Source: Chiloscyllium plagiosum
Lineage: Eukaryota
Assembly: GCF_004010195.1 (NCBI RefSeq)
Contig: NC_057718.1
Coordinates: forward strand, 80,607,241-80,663,081
Direction of reading: 5' to 3'
DNA length: 55,841 nucleotides
The notes under the pieces were generated by a model that did not search any database, was not told where the DNA came from, and saw only the letters and a list, made by a program, of their open reading frames with translations. Below, piece after piece: positions 23,900 to 38,589 of the stretch (position 1 is its first letter; each line of letters begins with the position of its first letter). The position numbers and the translations under genes are program-made.

Positions 23900-24870
23900 T
23901 TGGAACCTCCCGAGGTGTCAGCTCTAGTGTTAAAATAGAAAATTAATAGTGAGGTAAAGTATTCAACTAAAATGGATGGATATTGAAGCATCATCAGGGC
24001 CACACAAAAGAAAATGTGAAAATCAGAGTGAATTTGGTGGATTCCAGATAAAGCTTGCAAGTCACTCACATAAACACAAGGTTCAAACTATTCCTTAGCA
24101 GATCCAAAGTCTGCACAGTAAATTCACAATGGCAGACACTACGTTCAAAATGTGAGGAGTAGGTCATTATTTCTTCTATGAAGTGGTGCTTCTTGAGGCC
24201 TTGAAAGAGGGTCAAACAGCTAGAGCATTAGGATTCTCAACCATTGCTGGAATTCCCAAAATGCAGAGTGCTATTGATTTCACCCATTTGGTTTCAGAGT
24301 GCACTATCACCAACCAGTTGCTTATGTTAACAGGAAAATATTCAGTCCCGTAACGTTCAACTAATTTGTGGCAATCAAAGCCACTTTTGGAGGTCTGCAC
24401 CAAATAACCTAGGATCTCACAAGTGCCTGTCTCTTTCAAGATCCTCAGCCCATACAGGGATTATTGCTGGGAGACAAAGGGTACCTCTCCAAAACTACTT
24501 CTGACATGTTTAGGAAATGGACAGAAGGACGAAGAATAAAGGCACAATGTTGATCACATTTCCACTAGGGCCATCATGGAACAAACCATAAGTGTCCTGA
24601 AGATGAGATTTCAATGCCTGGACCTCTAATGTGGGACTTTTCAGTACAGCCTAGAAAGGAGTTTCTGCATCATTGTGTAAGCAATGCTCTTCATAACTGA
24701 AACTGACAATGGAGGAAAGTATTGGATTTGCATGAAATTGGGGAGCAAGAACATGAAGATAAGGCTGAGGATCAGGAGACTGACCCAAAGGCCAGGAACG
24801 AGAGGAGGACAAAACAATGTTTCAGAGGCCAGAGAGATCCTTTTTGCCACACACTTTCAGGAGAACTGAA
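23900..24870 (+). mobile_element. PIF/Harbinger transposase remnant
   Basis: IAGIPKMQSAIDFTHL (24243-24290), LLLGDKGY (24461-24484) and TRAIMEQTISVLKMRFQCLD (24564-24623) are HARBI1-type DDE motifs, in broken frames. Confidence 0.8.
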
Positions 24871-25534
24871 CTGGATTCAGACTTCTTTTCATCGAGTATC
24901 TAATTTGCTCATTGGGCAGGCATCCCCTGATTAGTGTAATGGTCATGTCTAATATGTTGTTCTTCACTTATTATCTTGCAAGACTAAATGTTACATCATT
25001 CACATGAATGTGTGAATTAAATGTTCACTTGACCCAATGTTAAAGTAGCTAAGCATAACCTGCTCTACATCTCCATTATGAAACAAGTTGCAATATGACA
25101 ATGCACTTACATCACATGACACTAAAATTATGCAGATTTGAATGCCTGTATGAAGATATGACATATGAATTGTGTACTTGAAGACTTCGTGAGAGCTACC
25201 AGGTTGACCTAAATCCTGAGAAAGTTCATTTTAACCCTTCCTTCATTTGTATTCATTCAGTGCTTCAGAATGCACAGAGAGTATATTGTCTTGATATGTT
25301 TGAACATCTTCCATAATAGTGTTTAACCCTGTGAGAGAGAGCACTCTCTGCATCCTTTCTGCACAGATCACTGATGTGAGGGATGGTGGAAATGTAAACT
25401 GTCCAATGAACATCTCCCAACCTTAACTATTTCTATGGCCCCTTGAAATTCTCATCACTAGGAATGACATCTCCCTAATGAAATGTGTGGAATCATCAGT
25501 GATTCTGTATTGTCATTCATAATGAGCTGTTAGT

Positions 25535-25866
25535 TTTTTTTAATTCATTCCTGGGGTGTGGGTTTCACTGGCGAGACCATAATTTAGTTACCATTCCTCA
25601 TTGCACAATGAGACAATCTAGAATCAACAACTTTGCCATGGACCTAGAGTCAAATGTAGACATTTGACCAGGCAAGATCCCTGAAAGATACAAGTGAACT
25701 ACGTGGGTTTTTATTACAATGATAGCGATTACAAGATCATCACGAAACCAGGATTTTTTAAATCCCAGATTTTTAAATTTAAGTTTCACCATCTGCCTCA
25801 GTTGGTTTGAACCAAGACCCCAGAACATTAGCCTGAGGTTTGGGGCTACTGACTCAGTGATCATAA
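25535..25866 (-). mobile_element. tRNA-derived SINE of a second family
   Basis: Minus head with B box ggttcaaacc. Body and tail resemble the two ends of the LINE at 41398-44718. Confidence 0.6.
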
Positions 25867-25869
25867 GAC

Positions 25870-26560
25870 TATGAGACTATAAGAAATAGAAACAGAAATA
25901 GGCTGTTCGACCCCTCAAGCCTATTCTCACGTCCACTTTCTAGTCTTTTCCCTGTAATCCTTGATTTCCCCACTAATCATGAATCTACCTATCTCAGCCT
26001 TAGATGTACACAATGATTCTGCCCTATAGCTCTCTGTGTCAAGGAGTCCCAATGACACTCAATCCTCTGAGAGAAGAAATTCTTCCTCGTGTTAGTCTTA
26101 AATTGGTGCCTCAAACGATAATCCCTTCAGACTGTGGGTCATCCTGGTGAACCTTCTCTGAACTGCCTCCAATGCAAAGGTATCTTTCCTTACGTAAGGG
26201 GATCAAAACTGCTCACAATACCCCAGATGTGGTCTCACTAGCACCTTGTACAGTTACAGTAAGATTTCTGTACTCTCATACTCCAACCCTTTTGAAATAA
26301 GGGCCCACATTCCATTAGCCTTCCTGATCACCTGCTGCAGCAGTCTGCTAGCTTTCTATGTTTTATGCACAAGTACCCCCAAGTCATTTACTGTACTTTT
26401 TCTCCATTTAAATAATACTCTTTTCTCTTAGTCTCCTATCCAAAGTTCTACTCCATTTGCCAACTTTTTGCCCACTTAACTTATCAATATCTCTGTTACC
26501 TGTTTTTAGTCTCCTCGCACTTTACCTTTCCACCTACTTCTGTTTGTTGTGACATTACCT
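25870..26560 (-). mobile_element. CR1 3' remnant
   Basis: Reverse complement of ctggggtattgtgagcagttttgatcccc and a CR1 3' UTR. Confidence 0.7.
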
Positions 26561-26664
26561 TGTCAAGTGTTGAAGCACATTTGCAGGCTCTGGTATACCA
26601 CCTGCTCATTTCCTTTAGCCTCAGTGCTTTCCATATTAGCATGCAATGTCTTACTGCAGCTTTA

Positions 26665-28125
26665 AAGTCAAGGATGTTGCGGGAAGTCAGGGAAGAAATT
26701 ATGGGGCTCTTATCAGAAATATTTGTATCATTTATAACCACGGGTGAGGTGCCACATTCCTGGAGGGTGGCTAATGTTGTGCCTTTATTTAAGAAAGGCT
26801 ATAAGTGGAAGCCTGGAAACACTAAACATCAGTGGTGGGTAAATTATTGGAGGTGATTCTGAAAGATAGCATTTGCATGCATTTGGAGAGGCAAGGACAG
26901 GTTAGGGATAGTCAGCATAGTTTCATGCAAGGGATTTCGTGTCTCACAGACTTCATTTGAGTTTTTTGAGGGTGTAACCAAAAAGATTGATGAGGGTAGA
27001 ATGGTAGACATTGTTTACATGGACTTCAGTAAAGCCTTTGACAAGGTGCTGCATGATAGACTAATTAGTAAAGTTAGATCACATGGAATTCAGGGAGAGT
27101 TTGCCAATTGGATACCAAATTGGCTTTATACTCAAAGACAGAGGATAGTAGGGTTGGTTTTTGGATTCAAGACCTATGACCAATGTGTCCTGGAGGGATC
27201 GGTGCTGGCTCCACTTTTGTTTGTCATTTCAAGAAACGATTTGGATGAGAATATAAGATTAATGGTTTTTAAGTTTGCAGACTTGGTGGATGGACAGTGA
27301 AGAAGGTCATCTCAGGTTACAAAGAGATCTTGATCAACTGGGTCAATGCACTGAGGAGTGGCAGATGGAGTTTAATTTGGATAAATGCAAGGTATTTCAT
27401 TTGGTAAAACCAAAAAGGGCAAGGCTTGTACAATTAATGGTGGGACCCTGGGTAGTGTTGTTGAACAGAGAGACCTAAGGGTTCAGGTTCATATTTCTTT
27501 GCAAGTTGTATCACGGGTAGATGGTGATTAACAAGGCATTTAGCACACTTGCCTTCATTGCTCAGACCATTGAGTATCGGAGTTGGGATGTTATGTTGGG
27601 GTTGTACAGGATGTTGGTAAGGCCACTTTTGGAGCAAAGTGGTCGACCTGCTTTAGGAAGGATATTACTAAACTGGAGAGGGTTCAAAAAGATTTACCAG
27701 GATGTTGCCAAGAATGGAAGGCATGAGTTATTAAAAAATAGTTTGAATAGACGAGGACCTTTTTCACTGGAGGTTGAGGGGTGACCTTGTAGAGGTTTAT
27801 AAAATCACGAGGGGCATAGATAAGGTGAATGGCAAGGGTCTTTTCCCTGGGGTGGGGGAGTTCAAAACTAGGGGGATTATTTTAATGGTGAGAGGAGAAA
27901 AACTTAATAAGGACATGAGGGGCAACTTTTTTATATAGAGTGGTTTGTGTTTGGAATGAAGGAAGTGGTGAATGCAGGTACATTTCCAACATTTAAAAGA
28001 TATTTGGATAAGTACATGCAGGGATATGGGTCAAACACAGGCACATTGGACTAGTTTGTTGGGAACATTGTTGGTGCAGACTAGTTAGGCTGAAGAATCT
28101 GATTCCATGCTGTTAGACTCTAAGA
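26665..28125 (+). mobile_element. CR1 RT to 3' end
   Basis: [30 protein letters not shown]. Confidence 0.85.
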
Positions 28126-30019
28126 ATCTAAGTTGCAAAGGTTCCTGATGTATGAGCCTCTCTGCAGTCAAAGACTCAGTTGCATGTTAGAGATGAGCAA
28201 TTACTTGATAGTTGCAATGTTGTACTTTCTTGAGATATATGAAGAGGCTTCTAACCTCGCATGGGTGTGACTTAACAAGCTGTAAATTGAAAATAATACT
28301 TCAGCAGACATTGTAACAGTACAAGTGAGAATATGTTGACAAAAGTGACGGTTTATTTACAATGATATAGTACCCATGCCCCCTATGCACCCTCAGTACA
28401 TTTTTCTCTTTCTTTCTCTCCCAGTTTGTTTAGATGCATGCACATCATTTGCAGCTGAGGTGGAAGGAACTTGCTCTGTACCTTGTCTTGTTGCTTAGGA
28501 AGACCTGGGCAATCATCTCCTGTTGCCTTTCAACTTACATCACCCAGACATGTTGCTTTGAAAGAACTAGGCAGTTGTCCTCTAGTGCCCTTCAGCCTTG
28601 AGCACTTAAATCTGCTGAGAGTCTCATGCCCAGAGGGAAGCTCACCATCCTCAGCTTTTACTGTTAGTTTTGGCAGAAGGCAGCAGGGGGACAAGTCAGC
28701 TCTGGACAGTTCTGAGAGAAGTTTCTGGGGTACCTATGTGTACTCCTCCTCCCTATAGGGCCTGCTAGCATCACATTATCACCTTGAGAGGAAGGGGCAT
28801 CTGGAATGAGGTTGAAGTGCCTCATTTCCCATCTCCTCCCCTCCATGTTGACATTGATACTGAACACACATGGCTAGAGTGACACAGTGCAGGTTTGAAC
28901 ACATATCCAATAGACACCAAGCACCAAGCACTCTGATAGAACTGGGTCTCCAAGGCAGCAGCCACCCTATCCATGGAAAAAGCCAGGTGCTCACATGTAA
29001 TGAGGGTATTCAAGGACTCCTCCACCTTTTGTTCCAGCCTACCAAGTGTCTCTGGCACACATACCTGATGTACCTATTCCTGTGCCTGTCTCTGCAGGTT
29101 GACGAATGATTTATGGCCAAGAACAGGAACATGTCTTTTGCCTGGGGTTAAGCAGGTGACTAGTCTTGGGTGATTCTCTGATTGTTGCTTGTTTATGATT
29201 AAACAGTGTTTGAGCATTTGCTCATGTGTCTTTTATTTAGTGAATGATTATTTATGAATGACTTCTAGGTCCCAATATACATTTCTCCAAGATCATTGCT
29301 GGAATAGGCTTGGCCCCATGCAATGGAACAAATCAAATACAAAGGCTGGAGATATGTTATCAGAATTGTTATATGACGTAAGAGCTTCTCCAACACTATC
29401 CATAGCTTCAAAATGCTACATGCATACAAAGTGCATTTTTCCACAGCAACTTACACATACAACCCATGAATGGACCAGCATAGGCAAAGTGTAATTGGGT
29501 CCAGAGTTTACCCAGCCATTCCCATGATTATGGGAGGGCTACTGGTGGTAATTTCTGTCCTTGTTGGCACTCTAGGCCTTGCCCCACCAATGCAGCTATG
29601 TCAGAATCCAACCCTGGCCACCAGATATAACTTCTCACCAACATCTTCATTTTGGAACCCACTGAAATACCCTAGTGGGATTCAGCCACTATCTGGTGGT
29701 GACCTTTGCTCAGGGAAATCCCTCTTGCTCCCAAAATAATATGCCATCTCCTATGGTGATCTGATCTTGCCAGATCCAGAAAGCTTTCAATTCTGGTTGT
29801 GTTGGCCCTTTTGTTTATCACCACCAGCTGTTTTAGTTTTGCAAAGATGGGATTTTTTTTGTGTCCAGAGTCTGATATTGTCAGTGGTAACTGGAAGGGT
29901 GTCCAAAAAGTTTAAAACCAGAACAGAATCTTCCAGTGGCAGCTCAAAGCATCTGCATTTGCCACTTAGCCTCCCGAACGGTTTTCCAATTTGTAATTGT
30001 ATGTACTCCGAGTAAGACC

Positions 30020-31870
30020 CTTCCACTGAATTGACCTGAAGCAATGGGCTATCAGTCTATCCTCTTTAAGTAGCCCTTGCAGGGGGCTTGTAGTCCATTA
30101 CTGATACAAATTTATGTCCATAAAGGTATTGTTGGAACTTTCTCACACTAAAGTTGACCGTCAAACTTTCCTTCTCTGTCTGGATGTACCTCCGTTTGGC
30201 ATCAGCCAAAGTTGGGAAGTTATGTTTTGGCTGTACAGGACATTGGTTAGTCCACTTTTGGTATACTGGATGCAATTCTGTTCTCACTGCTACAGGAAGG
30301 ATGTTGTGAAACTTGAAAGGGTTCAGAAAAGATTTACAAGGATGTTGCCAGAGTTAGAGTGTTTGAGCTATAGGGAGAGGTTAAATAGGCTGGGTCTGTT
30401 TTCCCTGGAGTGTCGAAGGCTTTATAGAAATTTATAAAATCATGAAGGGCGCAGATAGGGTAAATAGACAAGGTCTTTTCCCTGGAGCGGGCATGTCCAA
30501 AACTAGAGGGCATATGTTTAAAGTGAGGAGAAAAGATTTTAAATGGACCTAAATGCAACATTTTCATGCAGAGGGTGTACATGTGTGGAATGAGCTGCCA
30601 GAGTAAGTGGTGGAGACTGGTACAGTTACAACATTTAAAAGGCATCAGGATGGGCATATGAATAGGACAAATTTAGAGGCATATGGGCCAAATATGGCAA
30701 ATGGGACTAGATTTATTTAGGAAATCTGGTTGGCAGGGTCATGTTCAGCTGAAGGGTCTGTTTCTGTGCTGTGCATCTCCATGACTCTAATGTATTAATG
30801 CCAGGATGGAGGCCAGGTTATGTATGAATTTTCCATAATAATTCACAAAACCAAGAAGAGATCTAAGCTCCAACAATGGGAGCCGGGCACCTTTGATCCC
30901 CATCAATTTATCTTCCAGCGGATGTAACCCAGTCTTGTTGACCCTGTAGCCAGTAGGTCACTTGAGGTCCCTGCGGGACACATTATTCCCTCCTAAGAGA
31001 AATGTTTAAGCACTATGTCCAAGTTTTCTAAATACTTTTTAATTGGTCTTCCCAGCTGTGAAAAGCAGTTCACCATTTGTTTGAAATCCCCACAAAGGCC
31101 TGACATATTGGACTTCACAATCAATACAACCAGTACTACCCGTTCTGCAAACTGTACTTGTTAATGATTCCTTTGTTTTCCAGCCTCCTGATTTCTGCCT
31201 CTACCTATGAACGTAAGGCAAATGATACTGGGCAGGCCTTGTAAAATCATGGAATTGCTTCTTCATCAGCATGTAAAGTGGCATTGGCCCCTTTGATAGG
31301 CAGCCATCTTCAAATTGAAAAATGTTGAACCAGTCAAGTTGAATTTTTCTCAACCAATTTCACTCCATCAAGCTTGGGCCCAAGCTTTTTACTACATTTA
31401 CTGAATCAGCTGCTTCTCATAAGAAACCAGAACCAAAGTCATACACTTAAGAGCTGTAAGAGCTCCCCGGTATAGGCTCTCAGCCTGGTTGATGTCTTGT
31501 GCAAACTAACAGTTGGAGTCCAGAGCAAATTTGATAGACTGGTTTCATATTCACTGATACAGCTGTGCTAGTATTGACCTCCATTACAACTGGGTGACCA
31601 TTCAACCAGATGTTAATTTTGATTGGTTCTGATTTGGATGTAGCTAAGCAGTTTAGTTGTTCCAAACCAGCTGTAGGTAGACTTTGCACAGTGTGCACTC
31701 TCATGGATACAGGAGTGAGCTCTGGAGTGAGCAGATCCCTGAAACTCCTATTTATATCTGTCAGCCAGGACTTCCTGATTGGATCAGATTAGCAACCCCA
31801 ATCAAGGAACCCACGTTCTATGAGATCATTCCGGCTAATCTCGTTCCAATCACTACATATATAAAGTAGA
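30020..31870 (-). mobile_element. Ty3/Gypsy remnant (PR-RT-RH) interrupted by a CR1 3' end at about 30200-30790
   Basis: PIKINIWLNGHPVVMEVNTSTAVSV (protease) and RYIQTEKESLTVNFSVRKFQQYLYGHKF (RNase H). Confidence 0.75.
30200..30790 (+). mobile_element. CR1 3' end
   Basis: LYRTLVSPLLVY..KDVVKLERVQKRFTRMLP. Confidence 0.85.
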
Positions 31871-32539
31871 TGCAGTCAGGAACTCGCCAATGTAGAATTT
31901 TGATGCAATGACAATCAAAGAATAGCAATAGTTTTCCAAATCAAGTTGCTGTGTGATTTCAAGAGCAGCATAAAGACAGTGACATTCCCTATGGAGTTGT
32001 TGAATTTCTTCTTTTACTAGGTGGCTGAGCTACACATTTGGAAAATATTGTTGAAGACACTTTGGCAAGTTTCTCCAGTGCATCTTGTAGAGAGTACACA
32101 CAACTGCCAACAACCCATCTTCCTTGTGTAAGGTATTGCTTCGTCGGTGGAGAGCTTTCCCCAATTTTTGTTGACTTAAATTTTCTAAGGAGCGTTAAAG
32201 TCACACTTGATGCATTCTTGATGTTAACAGCAGTTACTCTTACCTAAACCTGAGGCATTTGATCCTTTTCCATGTTTTGTTCAAACCCGTTATAAAATGT
32301 GAAATTAAGTGATCTTTGCAGATTTCAAACTGAGTTTCAGTAAGCAGTTTATTGATTGCCACTTGATAACATTGTCAATAAATGTTTAAATTGGTTTGGA
32401 TTTGTCTTGTTTTCTGTGTATAGGTTACGCTGGTCAATATTGCACTTCGTTGGGTAGTTGCCAATGTTGTAATTGTTTTGAAAAAGCTTGACTAGTGGCA
32501 TGGCTCATTCTGGAGCAAGTGGTCAATATACATGATTGA

Positions 32540-34150
32540 GAAGCTAAAACAGATCATTTGCGCCAGTCTTTACAGTGGAAGATATTTCAAACATCCCATT
32601 AATACTAAACGGTATGGGAGAGTAAGTAAGTGTCATCACCATCACAAAAGAACTGGCATTAGACAGAGTGATAGGGCTGAAGACAAGTAAGAGCTCTGGT
32701 CCTGATGGTTTACAGCCTATGATCCGAAACGAGGTAGCTAGAGCGAGTGGCTGCATTGGTTGTAATTTTCCAAGCATAATTTATTTCTGGATAGGTGCTA
32801 GAGGATTGGAAAATTGCTAAGATGATATCCTTATTCAAAAAGGGAGGGAGGCAAAGAATAAATAACTGTAGACTGATTAGCCTAACATTGGTTCTTGGAA
32901 AAGTATTGGAATTAATTATTAACAAGGTAATAGCAGAATATTTGAAAAATCATAAACTAGTCAAGCAGAGTCAGCATGGATTCATGAAATGGAAATCAAT
33001 TCTCACTAATTTATTAGAGTGTTTCAAGGAAGTCTCAAATGAATTGATAGAGGGGAAGCAGTAGATGCGCTGTATTTGGACTTTTAGAAAGCATTCAGCA
33101 AGCTCCCTTACAAAAGGTTAAGCCTTAAAATAAAAGCACATTGTGTTGGTGGGAGTGTATTGGCATGGATAAGGAATTGGCTCGTGGGCAGGAAACAGTG
33201 AGTAGGCTAAGGGATTCTTGATTAAGTTGTTGAACTGTGATCAGTGCTGTTCCAAGGGATCAATGCTGGACCATAACTGTTTACAATATATATTAATGAC
33301 TTGGAGGAAGGAAGTGATGGACTGAAGCCAAATTTTCAGACTACACAAAATGGGTGGAAAGGCATGTTGTGGGAGTTTACAAACAGCTTACAGAGAGATA
33401 TTGATATGCAAAGTAAGTGGGTAAAAAATTGTCAAATGGAGTATAATACAGTATAGGAAAATGCAAAGTTGTTCATTTTGGAAGAAAGTACAAAAGAACA
33501 GAGTATTAGTTAAATGGAGAAAATCTGCAGAAAACTGCAAGATAAATTTGGAGTATAAGAGTAGGAAATATTACTGCAAATCTACAAGATGCTGGTGAGA
33601 CCACATCAGTAGTACTGTGATCAGTTTGGTTCCCTTATTTCTGGAAAGATATCTTTTCTTTGGAGGCAGTTCTGAGAAAGTTTACTAGGATGATTCCTGT
33701 ATGGAAAGGCTGTATTATGAGCATAAGCTAAATGGGTTGGGACTCCATTCTTTGAAATTATGAAGAATCTCAAATAAACATATAGGATTTTTAGGGGACC
33801 TGACTGGGTAAATGCTGAGAGGATGTTTCCCCTCAAACAAGAGTCTAGGATCAGAGGGTATAGTCTCAGAATAAAGGAGTGCCAATTTAAGACTAAGATG
33901 AGGAGGAATTTCTTCCCTCAAAGGGTTGTAAGTCTTTGAAACTCCTTATCAAGTGAGCTGTGGAGGAGGGCCCTTGTGCATATTTAAGGCTGAGTTAGAT
34001 TCTTGATTAGTAGATGAATCAAGGGATATAAGTAATGGGCAGGACAGTGCATGTGAGGAATACCTGATCAACTATAATACTATTGAATGGCGGAATATGC
34101 TCAAGGGGCTGAACATTTTACTCCTGTTCTTATCTCTTATAGTCTTGTTA
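32540..34150 (+). mobile_element. CR1 RT to 3' end
   Basis: EDWKIAKMISLFKKGG..SQHGFMK..LTNLLE. Confidence 0.8.
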
Positions 34151-34194
34151 TGGTCTTAAAACAGCTGCAATGTAGTTAGGTCCTATTGTATTTT

Positions 34195-34880
34195 TAAAAG
34201 TTCATTCATGGGAAGTGAGCATTGCTAGATAGGCCAGCATTTATTGCCCATCCCTATTTGTCCTTGAGGAGGTAGTGTTGGGCTGCTTTTTTAACTCACT
34301 GAGGTCCATTTGCTCATGCAGACACACAATGCCATTAGTTTCAGATTTTTGGCCCAGCAACACTGAAGGAATAATGATATAAGCCAGGATGGTGTGTGGC
34401 TTAGAGTGGAATATACAGATGCTGTTATTCCTTTCTATCTGCTGCCCTTGTTCTTATATTTGGTAGCGGTCATGAGTTTGGAAGATTCTGTCTGAGGAGC
34501 TTTTGTGAATTTCTGTTGTGCATCATGTAGATTGCTGTTACACTGTTGTTACTGAGAGTGGAGAGAATGGACGTTTATGGATGTGATGCCAATCACACCC
34601 AGCTTGAATGGTGTCAAGCTTCTTGAGTTGTTGTCCATTAAGTGAGGGGGGTAACCCATTATGCCCTTGACATGTGTCTTTTAATCACTGGACCGACATT
34701 GAAGACTTAGGAGGTGAGTTGTCACTGTGAAATTCTTAGCCTCTGATCTGCAGTATCCAGTGTACTCAGCCAATTTTTGATGTCACGTGGATTAAATCAA
34801 ATTGGCTAAAGACTGACACCTGTGATGCTGGAAACCTCGAAAGGAGCCAAAAATGAATCATCCACTCAGCCTTTCTGGCA
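34195..34880 (-). mobile_element. Degenerate copy of the 41398-44718 LINE family
   Basis: Reverse complement of its 3' end (ctcaaggacaaatagggatgggcaataaatgctggcc). Confidence 0.65.
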
Positions 34881-36829
34881 GAATTATAAAGTATGTGTTA
34901 ATGTTTGCATATCCAAGATGAGACCCAAAAATGCTGGATACAATGATTACTGGAAGTAATTTTTTTTAAGGTTGGTTGAATGGCTTGCAGGTGGTAAGGT
35001 GCATAGTATCAAATTAGCATAAAATTGCACAATTATAAAATTCCTCCAATAGAATTAACTAATATACTTTATCTACAGAGCCAAAATAGTTATGCAAAGA
35101 CTCTGTATAGGTTTCCTGTCAAGGTAATCCATTTCTCAGGCAAGACAGTCTATTTTCATAGTCATTGAATTGAACTATAATTTAATGGTAAAAATTCCAA
35201 GGTAAGTTATTTAAATGGAACGGGAGTTGTTTAAATGTTATAGGTTTACCAGTAAAGACATTGCAAATCTGCCTTTTAAACTCAATGATTCATTATTTTG
35301 ATTTTCCTGTTCATTTGTAATTTGTACTGTGTCATTTCTTGTGACTTTGAGTATAATATGTATACACACACACATGCGCATAATCTATTTTATATCTCAT
35401 AACAAGGGAGTCATTGCGATCCACAGCACAGAAAAGGGTCCTTTTGCCCATCAGGTTTGCACCAGGTTGCACCACAACCTAACCATTCTAATCCCATTTT
35501 CTCGCACTTGGCCCAAAGCCTTGTATGCCTTGACATCACAAGTGCACATCTAAATAATTTTTAAATGTTTTGTGAGTTTCTGCCTCTACCACCCTTGCAG
35601 GCTGTTCTTTCTGTAGCTCTTTGCACATCCCTTCCATCACAAAGATTGTCTGCTTTTATCTCAGTGACATTGCCAGATTTTTTTTTGTTTGGTTCAGTCA
35701 TTTGAACTGGAGGAATGATTATAATAGAGTTCCAGAGGGTCAGTGTTAGGTCACCTGCTTTTCTTGATGTTCATTAATGACCCTGACATGGATGTACAAG
35801 TCTTGAGTTAAAAATATGATGTTGGGAGAAATATGGAATTATTGTAAACAGTGGAGGATAGTATTAAACATCAAAAGGAAATACTGATAGAATGGTGGTA
35901 GGGGAGGGGCATTGAATAGATGACATTTAATGCAAAGTAATATGAAGTCATTCATTTTAGTTGGAAGAATAAGGAGAAGCACTATAACATAAAGGGTAAA
36001 AATCTAAAGGGAATGCAGGACGGACAGAGCTGCCTGGCAGTATTAGCTATCTGTCAAACAGCTGAAAATGGTTCCTTTTAAAAAGTGTTAACTATTGTCA
36101 CAGTTAGCTTTAAAAACACACAGAGTGAAACCTTGGGTAGAGAGGAGACGATGCCTGAGCATGATGTTTACCATATGAGAAATTCACTGCAGAGGAGAAA
36201 AGAAGTATTTTTTCCACACCTTTTCTCAGCCTCCAATAACTGGTGAGTCTTTGTTTGTAAACTGGGAGCGCATTGCTTTCTATTACTTTAATTGTTTTGA
36301 TATCTTGTTGACTAAATGAAGTTGAACAGACATGAAAGGATGATGGTGTGTGACGACTGCAGCATGTTGAAATTAAGAAAATATGGCTTAGGATGCCATT
36401 CAAGTAGGGGAAGTGAAAATTCTGTGACTGGAAACTCCAAAGGTTGTGGTGTTTGCCTGCTGCCCATGTTAAAGATATCTTGTCATGGTGAGAAATGAGA
36501 GGAAGTGGATGCAGTTTTACAGTGTGTAAACAAATGACCTAGATAGAACCAGAAATAATATTCTGCTAAGAGAGTTTGTGAAATTAGGTAAAGCTAAAAT
36601 CAAAAGTAATCATCCTGTATGTAGATTGTCTCATCACATGCCAAATGGCATTGATTAAATTAAGATTATGCAATTACATTTTGGTTCAGTGAGTGGGAAG
36701 ATGATTTTAGATTCCAGGGGTGTTTGCATTAGTACTCAGGGAAAGGGGAGATATTTAGGACTACCATGTACATTTTTTCTCTACTTAAGAAGGGATATAA
36801 TTGCATAAGAAGCAGTCAAGAAAGGATAA

Positions 36830-38175
36830 ACTTAACTGATACTGTATGCTTTATTAACTGCTCCCTTCACCTGTCCTACCACTTTCAATGGTCTATGCGC
36901 ATGTTCACTCATGTCCCTCTGCTCTTGCATCCTCTTTAGAACTGAAACCCCTATTTTATATTGACTTTCAATGTTCTTCCCATTAAAGTGTATCACCTCA
37001 CACTTCGCTGCATTGAACTTTATGTGCCACCTGTCCATCCACTCCACAAAGTTCTTTTGGACTTATATTCTGTCCCCCTCATAGTTCAATTCTTCAAAGT
37101 TTTGTGTCATTTGCAAACTTTGAAATTGTCCTGTGCACACTGTGATTCAGTTCATTAATATATCATGAAAAGCAAGGATCCCAATACTGACCCCTGGGGA
37201 ACTCTACTTACAACCCTTCCTCCAGTCCAAAAAATATCAGTTGATCATTACTTTCTATCTCCTATCACTAATCCTATTTTGTCTCCAAGTTGCTATTGTC
37301 CTTATTATACCATGACCTTTAACTTTCCGCACAAGTCTGTTATGTGGCACTGTACCAAGAGCCTTCTGGAATTTCATGTATACCATGTCAACAATGTCAC
37401 CTTCATAGATCCTTTCTGTTTGTCCTATCTTTTCCATTGGAGAGAATATATCTCGACTAAATATAAACCATCTGTTCTTTGAATGTAGTCCATTGTTTAA
37501 TTACTATTTTTCACACCAAACCCTTTTTTCCAATCAATCCTGCCCAGCACTGTTCTTGTCCTATTTGAGTCAACTATCCACCATCTGATTTTCTTACTCT
37601 GCGTTGTTGCTTCTCATTCTCCACCACTATTCTAAACCTTATGATAGAATGATCACTGTCTCTTAATTGTTTCCTCATTTACTTGATCCACTTGGCCCAC
37701 CTCATTTCCAAGGACCAAATCCTTCCTTTTTGGACTAGATGCATATTGCTGTGGGAAACTCTATTCAACTCAGTCCAGGAACACTTATCTCTCACTGCCC
37801 CTTAACACCACCAGTATCCCAGTCTGCTTGAAGTCACCCACTATAACAATACTCTAATGTTGGCATTTCTCTTGAGTTCCTTGCAGTTTTGTTCCTCAAC
37901 ATCCTTTCCATGTTGGTGGTTATAGATGTCACCGAGCAATGTGTTGCACTCAATGGTTGCACTCTTTTTATTTGATAGTTCTCAGCAAATTAACGCTGTC
38001 CTTGAACCCTCTGAGACATCTTTCTTGAGCACTGCAATGCCTTCCTTAACCAATACTACTACCCCTCATCCTTCTTTCCTTTTCTATCTATCCTGAACAA
38101 CTTAGACCCAGGAATATTTAACAACCAGTTTGGCCCTTCCTTGGGCAAGGTCTTTGATATCACTATAACATGATA
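36830..38175 (-). mobile_element. CR1 remnants
   Basis: WHIKFNAAKCEVIHF and VDMVYMKFQKALGTVPH. Confidence 0.7.
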
Positions 38176-38589
38176 TTTCCACATGGCAATCTATACTTCA
38201 CAAAACTCCATCTACAATTTCTGATGCCTCAGTATTATCAAAGACCCTCTCTCACCCTGGTTATAATTTCTTCCAACCTCATCCATCAGGCAGGAGATAT
38301 AAAATGTAAACAAAGTACCAACAGGTTCAAGATCAGCTTCTTCTCTGCTGCTGTTATACCTCTGAATGGACCTCTCAAATTTCAAATCTAATATTGATTT
38401 TGCTCTTTGTGCACCTTCTTTGTAAGCATAACTTTGTAATCCTTACTCTGTTCAATTACTCTATGATCTTTGTATGTTATGATCTGCCTGTACTGCATGC
38501 AAAACAAAACTTTTCACTGTAATTAGGTGCATGCTGTGACGATGCAGTCACGTTAAAATGGTTATTTTGTTCTTTTTTTTGAAGAGAGG

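Noticed and set aside
28130..29760. Possible second (Myb/SANT) ORF region of the Harbinger element, with a similar remnant near 9330-9920
   Set aside because: Too decayed. I could not identify a motif or TIR to support it.
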